64,000 nucleotides of DNA from an uncultured Acetobacteraceae bacterium (GTDB lineage Bacteria; Pseudomonadota; Alphaproteobacteria; Acetobacterales; Acetobacteraceae). Positions 10,333 to 18,560 of this stretch are shown here, in pieces. Made by a program: the position numbers and the translations under genes. Position 1 is the stretch's first letter. Each line of letters begins with the position of its first letter. The notes beneath the pieces are model-generated. The model saw only the letters and a list, made by a program, of their open reading frames with translations, did no database searches and had not been told where the DNA came from. The DNA lies in assembly GCA_964246185.1 (NCBI GenBank), contig CAXTPP010000001.1, positions 28,968-92,967 on the forward strand, given 5' to 3'.

Positions 10333-10461
10333 AAAAATCGCCTCCGGTCATGCCTTCTTCAGGTAGCGCCGCCTTGGTGCAGCGGCAAGGGAGCGCGACT
10401 CGCTACTGTGCAATGCGAAGATAGCTGCTCATCCTGCTGCAAACGTGCTAACTCGGCTGGA

Positions 10462-10617
10462 ATGCCAAACGCGCCACCACCATCTCGTTTGATCCCGTTT
10501 TTAGTGTTTGGCGGCATCATCGTGCTAGCGCTATTGGCGTGGCAGCTGTTTCCAACTCTTCAGGCCTGGGTAGCAAACCAGAATTGCGTGGCAACTGGAC
10601 GCACCAACTGCGACTAA
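10462..10617 (+). CDS. Hypothetical 51-aa single-TM peptide (low confidence)
   Basis: MPNAPPPSRLIPFLVFGGIIVLALLAWQLFPTLQAWVANQNCVATGRTNCD. It sits in a locally AT-rich patch next to the IS1 relic, and its third-position GC is far below that of neighbouring genes. Confidence 0.25.
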   Translation: MPNAPPPSRLIPFLVFGGIIVLALLAWQLFPTLQAWVANQNCVATGRTNCD

Positions 10618-10689
10618 TACTGCACATAACGAGAGTGACGATCTATTTCAGCATAGATGCGCATTCGGTTATGAAAACGTCCATCAAAA

Positions 10690-11527
10690 CCTGGAGACTT
10701 CTAACCAGAGATATTTCTGACCTTTTTGGCGTGGGCGGCGTAGGTTTTTGGGTCTTGCAGGTGGTGCAGCAGGCGCAGTGACAGGTCCACCATGGTGCGG
10801 CACTTGGAGACGACTTTGGTGCGGCGGCGGAAGCGCGCGAGGTCGTGCCGCACGTTGCTGTTGTCCTGCTCGATCGGGAAGGTCAGGTCCTTGCCGGTGA
10901 ACAACTGGCCCGGCAGGACCACCCGGCGATAGCCCTCCCAGTCGTCGGTCACGAACGTCTTGCCAGCTGGCCTCACCTTGCCGATCAGCCGGCGGCAGGT
11001 TGCATCACCTCCACCCAGAACCATCGCGCAGCGATCCTCCGGCGGGATGCCAGCGAAGCTGACAGAGGCCACGGCGCGCCGCTGATCCACGTCATAGCCG
11101 CGCCAAGCCCACAGCTTGGCAGACTTTTTTCAGGCAGGGCCACATCTCGTCCACCTCCACCGTCACCACGGCGGCCGAGACCTCCGGCTCCGACAGCGAC
11201 GCAGCTTGCGCGCGCACCCGTTTCAGCGCCGCCACATCGCTCACGCCCAGCAGTCGGCCAATGGCGCTGAGGCCCATGCCCCATGCCATGCAGCAGCACC
11301 GCCAGCGCCTTCATGGCAGCCGGCTTGCCGCGCAAAGGCGTGTCAGTGAAGTTGCAGCCGCACGCCCGACAAACGGGAGCGCTGATACCCCCGCACCCGG
11401 CCGCTCTCGGCATAGTCCGAAGCCCCGCACCGCTTGCAACACAACGCATCCAACAGCAGCCGCAGCCCCCACAAACACAGGCCAACAGCTTGCCACAAGC
11501 CACCCCTTAGCCCAAATCAGAACTCTC
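10690..11527 (-). mobile_element. IS1-family element relic (outer boundaries approximate)
   Basis: InsA-like zinc-finger/HTH part and InsB-like part: EVDEMW...AYDVDQRRAVASVSFAGIPPEDRCAMVLGGGDATCRRLIGKV...FVTDDWEGYRRVVLPGQLFTGKDLTFPIEQDNSNVRHDLARFRRRTKVVSKC. I could not define the inverted repeats. Confidence 0.65.
10701..11503 (-). pseudogene. IS1-family transposase insAB', multiply frameshifted
   Basis: An A6G slippery run (plus-strand T6 at 11125-11130) is the expected programmed site. In addition, a tandem 7-nt duplication CCATGCC/CCATGCC (11274-11287) breaks the HTH (LLHGMG | LSAIGRLLGVS). An apparent extra C near 11375 breaks GYQRS-VCRACGCNF. Confidence 0.65.
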
Positions 11528-11602
11528 CGGCATTGATACTCTATTGCAAAACCGAACTGACGGCACGGCGGCGGGATGTCTTGCTGCTCCGCTAAAGCTA
11601 AG
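11528..11602. repeat. Copy 2 of the ~75-bp direct repeat (solo IS5-like terminus)
   Basis: cggcattgatactctattgcaaaaccgaactgacggcacggcggcgggatgtcttgctgctccgctaaagctaag. Similarity to copy 1 stops at the position of the transposase stop codon, and no transposase remnant is recognisable beyond it. Confidence 0.8.
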
Positions 11603-11779
11603 CCCGCCTCCTGCAACTGGGCTAAGCGCGGGCATCGGCCACGTCGCCTGCGGCCGGTGATTCCGAGTTGACCCGGCTGCTTCAAAGCCCATACCGTTCG
11701 GCATGAAGGCGGCAACCATCAGCAGCGAGCTCGGCAGGATGACGCCAGACCCCGCCCGGCGCAGGCAAGGCATCGCGGC

Positions 11780-12628
11780 GTGATGGACCGGCGCGCGTTC
11801 CTGGCCGCACTGGCCGCGCTGCCCGCTGCCGCCGCGGCGCAAACGGCGCGGCTCGCCTTCACCGGCATCCCGGACCAGGACGAGACCCGGCTGGTCGAGC
11901 GCTTCGGCCGGGTCGCCGACTATTTGCAGGACCAGCTTGGCCTGCCCGTCACCTATGTGCCAGTGAAAAGCTACCCAGCCGCGGTTACCGCCTTCACCAA
12001 CGGCCAGGTGCAGCTGGGTTGGTTCGGCGGCTTTACCGGCGTGCAAGCGCGGCGGGCGACGCCGGGGTCGGACGCCATCGCGCAGGGGGTGGAGGACGAC
12101 CACTTCAAGAGCCTGTTCATCGCCAACGCCCGCAGCGGGATCGCGCCCGGCGCCAGCTTTCCCGCCGCCATCGCCGGACGCTCGTTCAGCTTCGGCGCGC
12201 GGGCGTCCACATCCGGCCGGGTGATGCCCGAGTACTACATCCGCAAGCAGTTCGGCCGTGCGCCGGACCAGGTGTTCTCCCGTGTCGGCTTCTCCGGCGA
12301 CCATACCCGCACGCTGCAGCTGGTGCAGTCCGGCGCCTACGAGGCGGGCGCCATGGACTACACCGTGTTCGACCTGGAGCGGCAGGCGGGCCGGGTCGAT
12401 CCGGCGCAGGTTTCGGTAATCTGGGAAACGCCGCCGTTCCCCGACTACAACTGGACGGTGCGCGCCGGCGTGGACGCGGCGTTGCGGCAGCGGCTCCAGG
12501 CGGCGCTCATCGCCTGCCGTGACCCGGCGATCCTGCAGCCCTTCGGCCGCTCCGGCTTCATCGCCGCCGCCAACGCCGATTACGCGCCGATCGAACAGGT
12601 CGCCGAGGCCGCGGGCCTGCTCGACTAG
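11780..12628 (+). CDS. PhnD-family ABC transporter substrate-binding protein (phosphonate/phosphite/oxyanion type)
   Basis: 282 aa with a Tat/Sec-like signal (MMDRRAFLAALAALPAAAAAQ). LAFTGIPDQDETRLVERF...VQLGWFGGFTGVQARR is a PhnD-like pattern. Confidence 0.8.
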   Translation: MMDRRAFLAALAALPAAAAAQTARLAFTGIPDQDETRLVERFGRVADYLQDQLGLPVTYVPVKSYPAAVTAFTNGQVQLGWFGGFTGVQARRATPGSDAIAQGVEDDHFKSLFIANARSGIAPGASFPAAIAGRSFSFGARASTSGRVMPEYYIRKQFGRAPDQVFSRVGFSGDHTRTLQLVQSGAYEAGAMDYTVFDLERQAGRVDPAQVSVIWETPPFPDYNWTVRAGVDAALRQRLQAALIACRDPAILQPFGRSGFIAAANADYAPIEQVAEAAGLLD

Positions 12629-12630
12629 AC

Positions 12631-13287
12631 TTGTCCGTACTCCTGGAACTGCGGGCCGCCAGCGCCGGGTATGGCGGCCGGCCGGTGCTCGACGGCATCG
12701 ACCTCGTGCTGCGCCGGGGCGAGCGGGTGGCGGTGCTGGGCCGGTCCGGCGCGGGAAAATCGACTCTGCTGGGCCTGTTGCACGAGCGGCTCGCCGGGGA
12801 GGCGGCGCTGGTGCCGCAGGCCGCGGCCCTGGTCCGCTCGCTAAGCGTGTTCCACAACGTCTACATGGGCCGGCTCGACCGTCACTCGGCGCTGCGGAAC
12901 CTGCGCGTCCTGGCCTGGCCGCTCGCGTCCGAGCGGGCGGAGATCGCGGCTGTGCTGGCGATGGTGGACCTGGCCGACCAGCTGATGGCCCAGGCGGGCG
13001 CGCTGTCCGGCGGGCAGCAGCAGCGCGTCTCGGTGGCCCGGGCGCTCTATGACGGCCGCCCCGTGGTGATCGGCGACGAACCGGTCTCCGCGCTGGATCG
13101 GGTGCAGGGGGCCGCGGTGCTGCAGCGCATGGCCGAGCGGCATGAGACGATGGTGCTGGCGCTGCACGACGTGCCGCTGGCGCTCGAATACGCCGCGCGC
13201 ATCCTGGTGCTGGAAGGCGGCCGGCTGGTGCTGGACCGGCCGGCGAGGGACTGCTCCGCCGCGGAGCTGACGTCCTATTACCGCTGA
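12631..13287 (+). CDS. ABC transporter ATP-binding protein (PhnC-like)
   Basis: TTG start 3 nt after the binding-protein stop. It carries Walker A GRSGAGKST, signature LSGGQQQRV and Walker B VVIGDEP. Confidence 0.88.
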   Translation: MSVLLELRAASAGYGGRPVLDGIDLVLRRGERVAVLGRSGAGKSTLLGLLHERLAGEAALVPQAAALVRSLSVFHNVYMGRLDRHSALRNLRVLAWPLASERAEIAAVLAMVDLADQLMAQAGALSGGQQQRVSVARALYDGRPVVIGDEPVSALDRVQGAAVLQRMAERHETMVLALHDVPLALEYAARILVLEGGRLVLDRPARDCSAAELTSYYR

Positions 13288-13327
13288 GCGCCGCCGGCTG
13301 GGCTACACGGCGGCCAGCCTGGCGTTC

Positions 13328-14851
13328 GTGCTGGTCGCCATCGCCTGCGCCTGGTTGGGGGATTTCAGCGTCACCACGCTCAACCCTTGGGCGGAGCTGG
13401 GCCGGGTGGCGCGCGGGGCGCTGCATCCGGACATCCTGGCGGTGACCCTGTCGAGCGTCGTGCTGACCGTCGCCTTCGCCGTGCTGGGCGTCTCGGGCGG
13501 GGCCTCGGCCGGGTTCGCGCTGTCGCTGGCCTATGGGCAGTCGCGGACGGTGCGGCTGGGCTGCGCCGCACTGCGCTCGGTGCACGAGCTGTTCTGGGCG
13601 CTGCTGCTGATGCAGGTGTTCGGGCCGTCGCCGCTGGCCGGGCTGCTGGCGATCGGCATCCCCTACGCCGGCATCTTCGCCAAGGTGTTCGCCGAGATGA
13701 TCGAGGAAGCGGACCTCACAGCCGACCGCGTGCTGCCGCCCGGCACCGGCGCCGTGTCCCGCTTCGCCTATGCCCGGATGCCGGAGCTGTCCGTCCCGAT
13801 CCGCACCTATCTGCTCTACCGCCTGGAATGCGGCCTGCGCTCCAGCTTGGTGCTCGGCTTCATCGGCTTACCGACCATGGGATTCGAGCTGGAGAGCTAT
13901 TTCCGGCAGGGCCACTATGGGGAGGCCGCCGGGTTCGTGGCCGTGTTCTACGCCTTGATCGCCACCCGCCGCCTGTGGGCCAGGCCGGTCACGCTGCCCT
14001 TTCTGGCGGCGGGCAGCGCCGCCGCGTTGTGGCTGCTCACCGCGCCGGTCACCGGCGGGTCCGTCTGGACGGCGTTGGGCCGCTTCCTGGGGCATGACGT
14101 GGTGCCCCGCCCGTTGCGCGGCGCGAACCTGCTGGACCCGGCGACGTGGACCGCGTTCAGCGGCTGGCTGTGGCCCATCCTGCGCTGGCAGGCCGCACCC
14201 GGCGTGGTGAACACGCTGATCGTGTCGCAAGTCGCACTGGTCGCCACGGCGGTGATGGCGTTGCTGCTGTTCCCCCTTACCTGCCGCCGCTTCGCCGGCG
14301 TCGCCGGCGGACCGGCGACGCGGGCGCTGCTGGTCGTGCTGCGCTCCACGCCCGACTACATGGTGGCCTACGTGCTGCTGCAGCTGCTCGGCCCGTCCAT
14401 GCTGCCGGCGGTGATCGCGCTCACGCTGCACAATGGCGGCATCATCGCCACGCTGCTGGGCCGGCAAGCCGATGCGCTGGCCTACCGTGCCGACGCGCCG
14501 CACGGCACGGATTTATACTTCTACGAGACGCTGCCGCGGCTGTATGGCCAGTTCCTCGCCTATGCGCTTTACCGGTGGGAGATCATGGTGCGGGAAAGCG
14601 CCATCTTCGGCATCCTGGGCGTGCGCACGCTCGGCTACCATGTGGATGCCGCGATCTCCGAGCTACGGCTCGACGTGGCCGTGGTGCTGCTCGTGGCGAC
14701 GGGCGCGCTCTCGATCGGGGTGGACGCGCTGTCCCGCGCGCTCAGGCGGCGGCTGCGCGTGGCAAGGCGGGCGTCGCCGAGCTACCCAGTCAATCCTCTT
14801 CCCGCCGCAGCAGCGCGTCATCCACCTGCTGCAGCAGCAGGTCGAACGTGA
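13328..14851 (+). CDS. ABC transporter permease, fused double PhnE-like domain
   Basis: 507 aa with two tandem multi-TM halves. It is the third gene of the ABC operon. The start may lie slightly upstream. Confidence 0.8.
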   Translation: MLVAIACAWLGDFSVTTLNPWAELGRVARGALHPDILAVTLSSVVLTVAFAVLGVSGGASAGFALSLAYGQSRTVRLGCAALRSVHELFWALLLMQVFGPSPLAGLLAIGIPYAGIFAKVFAEMIEEADLTADRVLPPGTGAVSRFAYARMPELSVPIRTYLLYRLECGLRSSLVLGFIGLPTMGFELESYFRQGHYGEAAGFVAVFYALIATRRLWARPVTLPFLAAGSAAALWLLTAPVTGGSVWTALGRFLGHDVVPRPLRGANLLDPATWTAFSGWLWPILRWQAAPGVVNTLIVSQVALVATAVMALLLFPLTCRRFAGVAGGPATRALLVVLRSTPDYMVAYVLLQLLGPSMLPAVIALTLHNGGIIATLLGRQADALAYRADAPHGTDLYFYETLPRLYGQFLAYALYRWEIMVRESAIFGILGVRTLGYHVDAAISELRLDVAVVLLVATGALSIGVDALSRALRRRLRVARRASPSYPVNPLPAAAARHPPAAAAGRT

Positions 14852-15161
14852 CCGGCTTGGGGTGGTAGTCGTCGCAGCCGGCTTCCAGCGCGCGGGCACG
14901 GTCCCCGGCCATGGCATGCGCCGTCAGCGCGATGATCGGGATCGGGTTCGCTTCCGCCCGCAGCGTGCGCGCCACCGTCCAGCCGTCCATCACCGGCAGG
15001 TTCATGTCCAGCAGCACCAGGTCGGGCCCTTCCGCCGCCACCTGGCTCAGCGCCTGCTTGCCGTCATGGGCCAGCACGACATCGAACCCGCGCCGGCGCA
15101 GCCGCCGGGACAGGAAATCCCAGAGTTCTTCATGGTCCTCGACGAGCAGGAGCTTGGTCAC
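14790..15161 (-). CDS. Single-domain response regulator (CheY-like receiver)
   Basis: GTG start giving VTKLLLVEDHEELWDFLSRRL...DLVLLDMNLPVMDG...IIALTAHAM...DYHPKPV. The rest of the 583-aa track ORF upstream is an artefact. Confidence 0.8.
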   Translation of the reverse strand: MTKLLLVEDHEELWDFLSRRLRRRGFDVVLAHDGKQALSQVAAEGPDLVLLDMNLPVMDGWTVARTLRAEANPIPIIALTAHAMAGDRARALEAGCDDYHPKPVTFDLLLQQVDDALLRREED

Positions 15162-15251
15162 GCGCGCAGCCTCGCTGGTTGGCAGCCGTACTAGCGACGC
15201 TTGGCAGGGCCGTCTAGTTTCCCTCTCTGGCCGTTTGGAGGCAGCACGCCC

Positions 15252-17039
15252 ATGGACATGACACCGACGGACGCCATCATCCCCGGCCAGCCGCGGAGCC
15301 GGTCGGTCTTGGTTGCGCTGAACGCCGGGGCGGTCGTGGTGGCAGGCCTCTACCTGGGCCGCGACCTGCTGGTGCCGCTGGTGCTGGCGGGGCTGCTGGC
15401 CTTCGTGCTGGCGCCCGCCTGCGCCTTGCTGCAGCGCACCCGGCTGCCCCGCGTGGTTGCCGTGATGGTGGTGGCCGCGCTGGCCTTCGGCGCCATCGGC
15501 GGCGTCGGCCTGGTGGTCGGACGCCAGGTGGCGACGCTGGCTGGCAGCCTGCCAGCCTACCAGGCCACCGTCACAGGTAAGTGGCGGGCGCTCAGCACGG
15601 GCGGCGGCCTGGTTGCGCGGCTGACCACAGGCATGGGCGGCGGCACGCCGGGCGACGCCCAGGCAGGCGGCGCGGCCGCGGCGCTGGGACTGGCCGACAC
15701 GTCCGGCCTGGCGCTCGCCCGCACCCTGGCGCAGCCGCTGCTCGGGCCGCTGGCCACCGCCGGCGTGGTGCTGGTGTTCACCGTGTTCATCCTGCTCTCC
15801 AGCGAGGACCTGCGGGACCGGCTGGTGCGCCTGGTCGGGCGACGGGATCTGCACCGCACCATCCTCGCCATGAACGACGCGGCCCGGCGGCTGTCGCGCT
15901 ACTTCCTGTTCCAGCTGGCGCTCAACACCAGCTTTGGCGGCTTGATCGGCGTGAGCCTGTGGCTGGCCGGGCTGCCGAACCCGGTGCTGTGGGGCATCTT
16001 GGCCGCCTTGATGCGCTTCGTGCCCTATGTCGGCACGCCCATCGCCCTGCTGCCGCCGCTGCTGCTGGCGGTGGCCGTCGTGCCCGGCTGGTCGCTGGCC
16101 ATCCTGGTGCTGGCGCTGTTCATCGGCACCGAGCTGGTCATGGGCCAGGTCGTGGAGCCGCTGATTTACGGCCACAGCACCGGGCTGTCGCCGATCGCGG
16201 TGATCGTGGCGACCGCCTTCTGGGCCTTCCTGTGGGGACCGGTCGGACTGCTGCTCGCAACGCCGCTGACGGTTTGCCTGGTGGTGATCGGGCGGCACGT
16301 GGAGGCGCTGGCGTTCTTCGAGGTCATCCTGGGCGACAAGCCGCCGCTGGAACCGGCCGAGACGTTCTACCAGCGCGCGCTGGAGGGCAACACCGCCCTG
16401 CTCGCTTCCGGTGCCCGCCAGCAGATCGCCGCCTCGTCGCTGACGGAATATTACGACACCGTCGCTTTGCAGGGGCTCGCCCTGGCTCAGGGGGACCTGT
16501 CGCGCGACGCGCTGGAGTTCGAGCGGCTGGAGGCGATCCACTCGCAGATCGAGGTGCTGCTCGCCTTTCTCGCCAGCAGCTTCGCCGGAGCCTCACCGGC
16601 CCTGCGGACGCCGCCGGGCGCATGGCAGGCGGAAGGCGCCGTGGTCTGCATCCCCGGGCGCGGGCAGTTGGACGACCTTGCGGCCACCATGGCCGTCCAG
16701 GCCCTGGCCACCGCCGGGTTCGGAGCCACGATGACGCCGAACCTGATGCTGGGTTCGTCCGCTGCGGCCCCGGTGGACCTGCGGCATGTCCGGCTTTGCT
16801 GCCTCTCCGTCCTGGAGGAAGGCAGCAGCGTGTCCGGCGTGCGCTACTTCGTCCGCCGCATGCAGAAGCAGATGCCCGACGCGGCCATCGTGATCTGCCT
16901 GTGGCACGCCCCGAGCGACAGCGCGCTGCTGTCCGCGCTGCGCTCGCAGGGCCAGGACGAGCATTTGGTTCTGTCGATCGGCGAGCTGCTTGCGTTGGCA
17001 AACGCGCTCTCCCTGCGCAGCAGCCGCCAGCCGGCCTGA
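15252..17039 (+). CDS. AI-2E family transporter (PerM/UPF0118) with ~240-aa C-terminal extension
   Basis: The start was re-picked at MDMTPTD. The core contains ...LAGLPNPVLWGILAALMRFVPYVGTPIA.... A soluble-looking tail runs from about nt 16320. Confidence 0.8.
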   Translation: MDMTPTDAIIPGQPRSRSVLVALNAGAVVVAGLYLGRDLLVPLVLAGLLAFVLAPACALLQRTRLPRVVAVMVVAALAFGAIGGVGLVVGRQVATLAGSLPAYQATVTGKWRALSTGGGLVARLTTGMGGGTPGDAQAGGAAAALGLADTSGLALARTLAQPLLGPLATAGVVLVFTVFILLSSEDLRDRLVRLVGRRDLHRTILAMNDAARRLSRYFLFQLALNTSFGGLIGVSLWLAGLPNPVLWGILAALMRFVPYVGTPIALLPPLLLAVAVVPGWSLAILVLALFIGTELVMGQVVEPLIYGHSTGLSPIAVIVATAFWAFLWGPVGLLLATPLTVCLVVIGRHVEALAFFEVILGDKPPLEPAETFYQRALEGNTALLASGARQQIAASSLTEYYDTVALQGLALAQGDLSRDALEFERLEAIHSQIEVLLAFLASSFAGASPALRTPPGAWQAEGAVVCIPGRGQLDDLAATMAVQALATAGFGATMTPNLMLGSSAAAPVDLRHVRLCCLSVLEEGSSVSGVRYFVRRMQKQMPDAAIVICLWHAPSDSALLSALRSQGQDEHLVLSIGELLALANALSLRSSRQPA

Positions 17040-17044
17040 CCGCG

Positions 17045-18241
17045 TCAGGCCGCCATCTTCTGTTTGGCATTCTGATAGACGGCCGTTTCGAGCGCTGCGA
17101 AGCCGGCGAGGGAGGCCGTATCTGCGAACGGGAAGATCTGGGTGGCCCAAAACCCGCCCAGCCCGTTCTGGCGGTCAATCCAAAAGAACAGGTTGGGAAG
17201 CCCTGCCCAGCTGAGCGCCCCGGCGGGCCGCCCGGTCGGAGCGGCTTCCTCGTTGATCATGAAGGTCAGGCCCCAGGATTTCGGCATTCCGGGGAAGAAC
17301 TCGGCATAGTTCGAGAGGGTCGGGATCACGCCGGGCAGCCCTTTGACCTTGAGGTTTCCCAGGCCATTCGCCGCGGCCATGCGGACTGTCTCCGCCTTCA
17401 GCACCCGCCCGTGCTCGCCCGCGCCATCGTTGAGATACGTGCGGATGAAGCGGGCATAGTCGCCGACCGTCGCATAGAGCCCGTGGCCGCCCATGTGCAT
17501 CTCCGGCTCCTGCGGCAGCTCAAAGCCTGGGATGGGCGCCAACGTCCCATCCGGGTCACGCTGGTGCATGCCTGCGAGCCGCGCCCGCATGTCCGCGCGG
17601 ATGGCGAAGCTGCTGTCGTTCATGCCGAGCGGCGTGAATATGCGCTCTTGCATCACCTCGCCCAGCCGCTTGCCGCGCAGCGCCTCGACGACCTGGCCGC
17701 ACCAATCGATGTTGATGCCATATTCCCAGGCCTCGCCGGGATCGAACAGCAGCGGGGCGCCAAGGGCCGCCTTGCTGCCGGTGATCACGCTCAGCTGGCC
17801 GGTAACCGCCGCCGCGTCGCGCAGCTTCTCGTTGAAGAACTCGTAGCCGAACCCGGCGGTGTGCAGCATCAACATGCGGGTGGTGATGTCGCGCTTGGGC
17901 GCGCGCAGCTTCGGCCGGCCGGCCGCATCGACGCCATCCATGACCTGGACACGGCCGATCTCCGGAACGTAGGTCTTTGCCGGGGCGTCCAGGTCGAGCT
18001 TGCCTTCCTCGACGAGCTGCAGGATGGCCGTGCCGGTGATCGCCTTGGTGCAGGAGAAGATGGCGAACACCGTGTCGGCCGTCATGTCCGCATCCTGGCC
18101 GAGCGCCCGCTTGCCCGCCGCGCCCTCGTAGATCGTGCCGTTGCGGTCGGTGATCGCGGCGGCCACGCCGGGCAGCCCCAGCCCTGACTCGACGGCGTGC
18201 CGCAGGATGGAGTCAGCCATGGTCGTGAAGGGGTTGGGCAT
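17045..18241 (-). CDS. Serine hydrolase, beta-lactamase/esterase (class C-related) family
   Basis: The start was re-picked at [18 protein letters not shown]. It has an S-x-x-K motif (FSCTKAITG) and is ~398 aa. Confidence 0.82.
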   Translation of the reverse strand: MPNPFTTMADSILRHAVESGLGLPGVAAAITDRNGTIYEGAAGKRALGQDADMTADTVFAIFSCTKAITGTAILQLVEEGKLDLDAPAKTYVPEIGRVQVMDGVDAAGRPKLRAPKRDITTRMLMLHTAGFGYEFFNEKLRDAAAVTGQLSVITGSKAALGAPLLFDPGEAWEYGINIDWCGQVVEALRGKRLGEVMQERIFTPLGMNDSSFAIRADMRARLAGMHQRDPDGTLAPIPGFELPQEPEMHMGGHGLYATVGDYARFIRTYLNDGAGEHGRVLKAETVRMAAANGLGNLKVKGLPGVIPTLSNYAEFFPGMPKSWGLTFMINEEAAPTGRPAGALSWAGLPNLFFWIDRQNGLGGFWATQIFPFADTASLAGFAALETAVYQNAKQKMAA

Positions 18242-18300
18242 CGTCAGCTCCATTTTCTGGATGTCGTTGCCGGCGGGTACGCGCCGGGTGGGGAGTGAGA

Positions 18301-18480
18301 TCACTGCTTCGGGGCGGCAAGCGGCTCCGACGGGGTCTGGATGGGAGGCATGTTGGCGTCCGGCTTGGGCGAGTTAGCTGAACCCGGCAGCCCATTGGTC
18401 ACGTTCCCGAGCACGACGTCAACCACGCGCGGCAGGACATCCGGAGCGGGCTGGCCTGCATGCAGCGATGATTGGGCCAT
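18301..18480 (-). CDS. Hypothetical 59-aa ORF (not in the ORF track)
   Basis: Manual translation: [61 protein letters not shown]3 is fairly high and the RBS is weak. It lies between the DUF4142 and hydrolase genes. Confidence 0.25.
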   Translation of the reverse strand: MAQSSLHAGQPAPDVLPRVVDVVLGNVTNGLPGSANSPKPDANMPPIQTPSEPLAAPKQ

Positions 18481-18560
18481 GGCGCCCCGCGTCGAATCCG
18501 GGCGACAGGCTGGCCATCAAAAACATCCAGCACATGTCTCTCACCTGCATGAAGGTCCGG

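Noticed and set aside
11603-11779. Degenerate IS5 transposase C-terminus beyond the solo terminus
   Set aside because: Nucleotide similarity to copy 1 stops at about 11602, and none of the three frames resembles ...ERRADLHLALTTLAC.... I therefore treat it as ordinary spacer or promoter DNA for the ABC operon.
11507-13585. 692-aa minus-strand ORF covering the whole PhnD/PhnC region
   Set aside because: It is antisense to three well-supported ABC genes. The product is Arg/Pro/Ala/Gly low-complexity, typical of off-frame translation in high-GC DNA. Only its extreme 3' end corresponds to the IS5-like terminus.
15162-16541. Upstream extension of the 583-aa ORF 14790..16541 beyond the receiver domain
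   Set aside because: Only the last ~123 codons look like a protein (CheY fold). The rest is antisense to the AI-2E transporter and is R/Q/G/H-rich nonsense.
15581-18187. 868-aa plus-strand ORF
   Set aside because: It is an alternative frame of the AI-2E gene and antisense to the serine hydrolase, with no recognisable motifs. It is a GC artefact.
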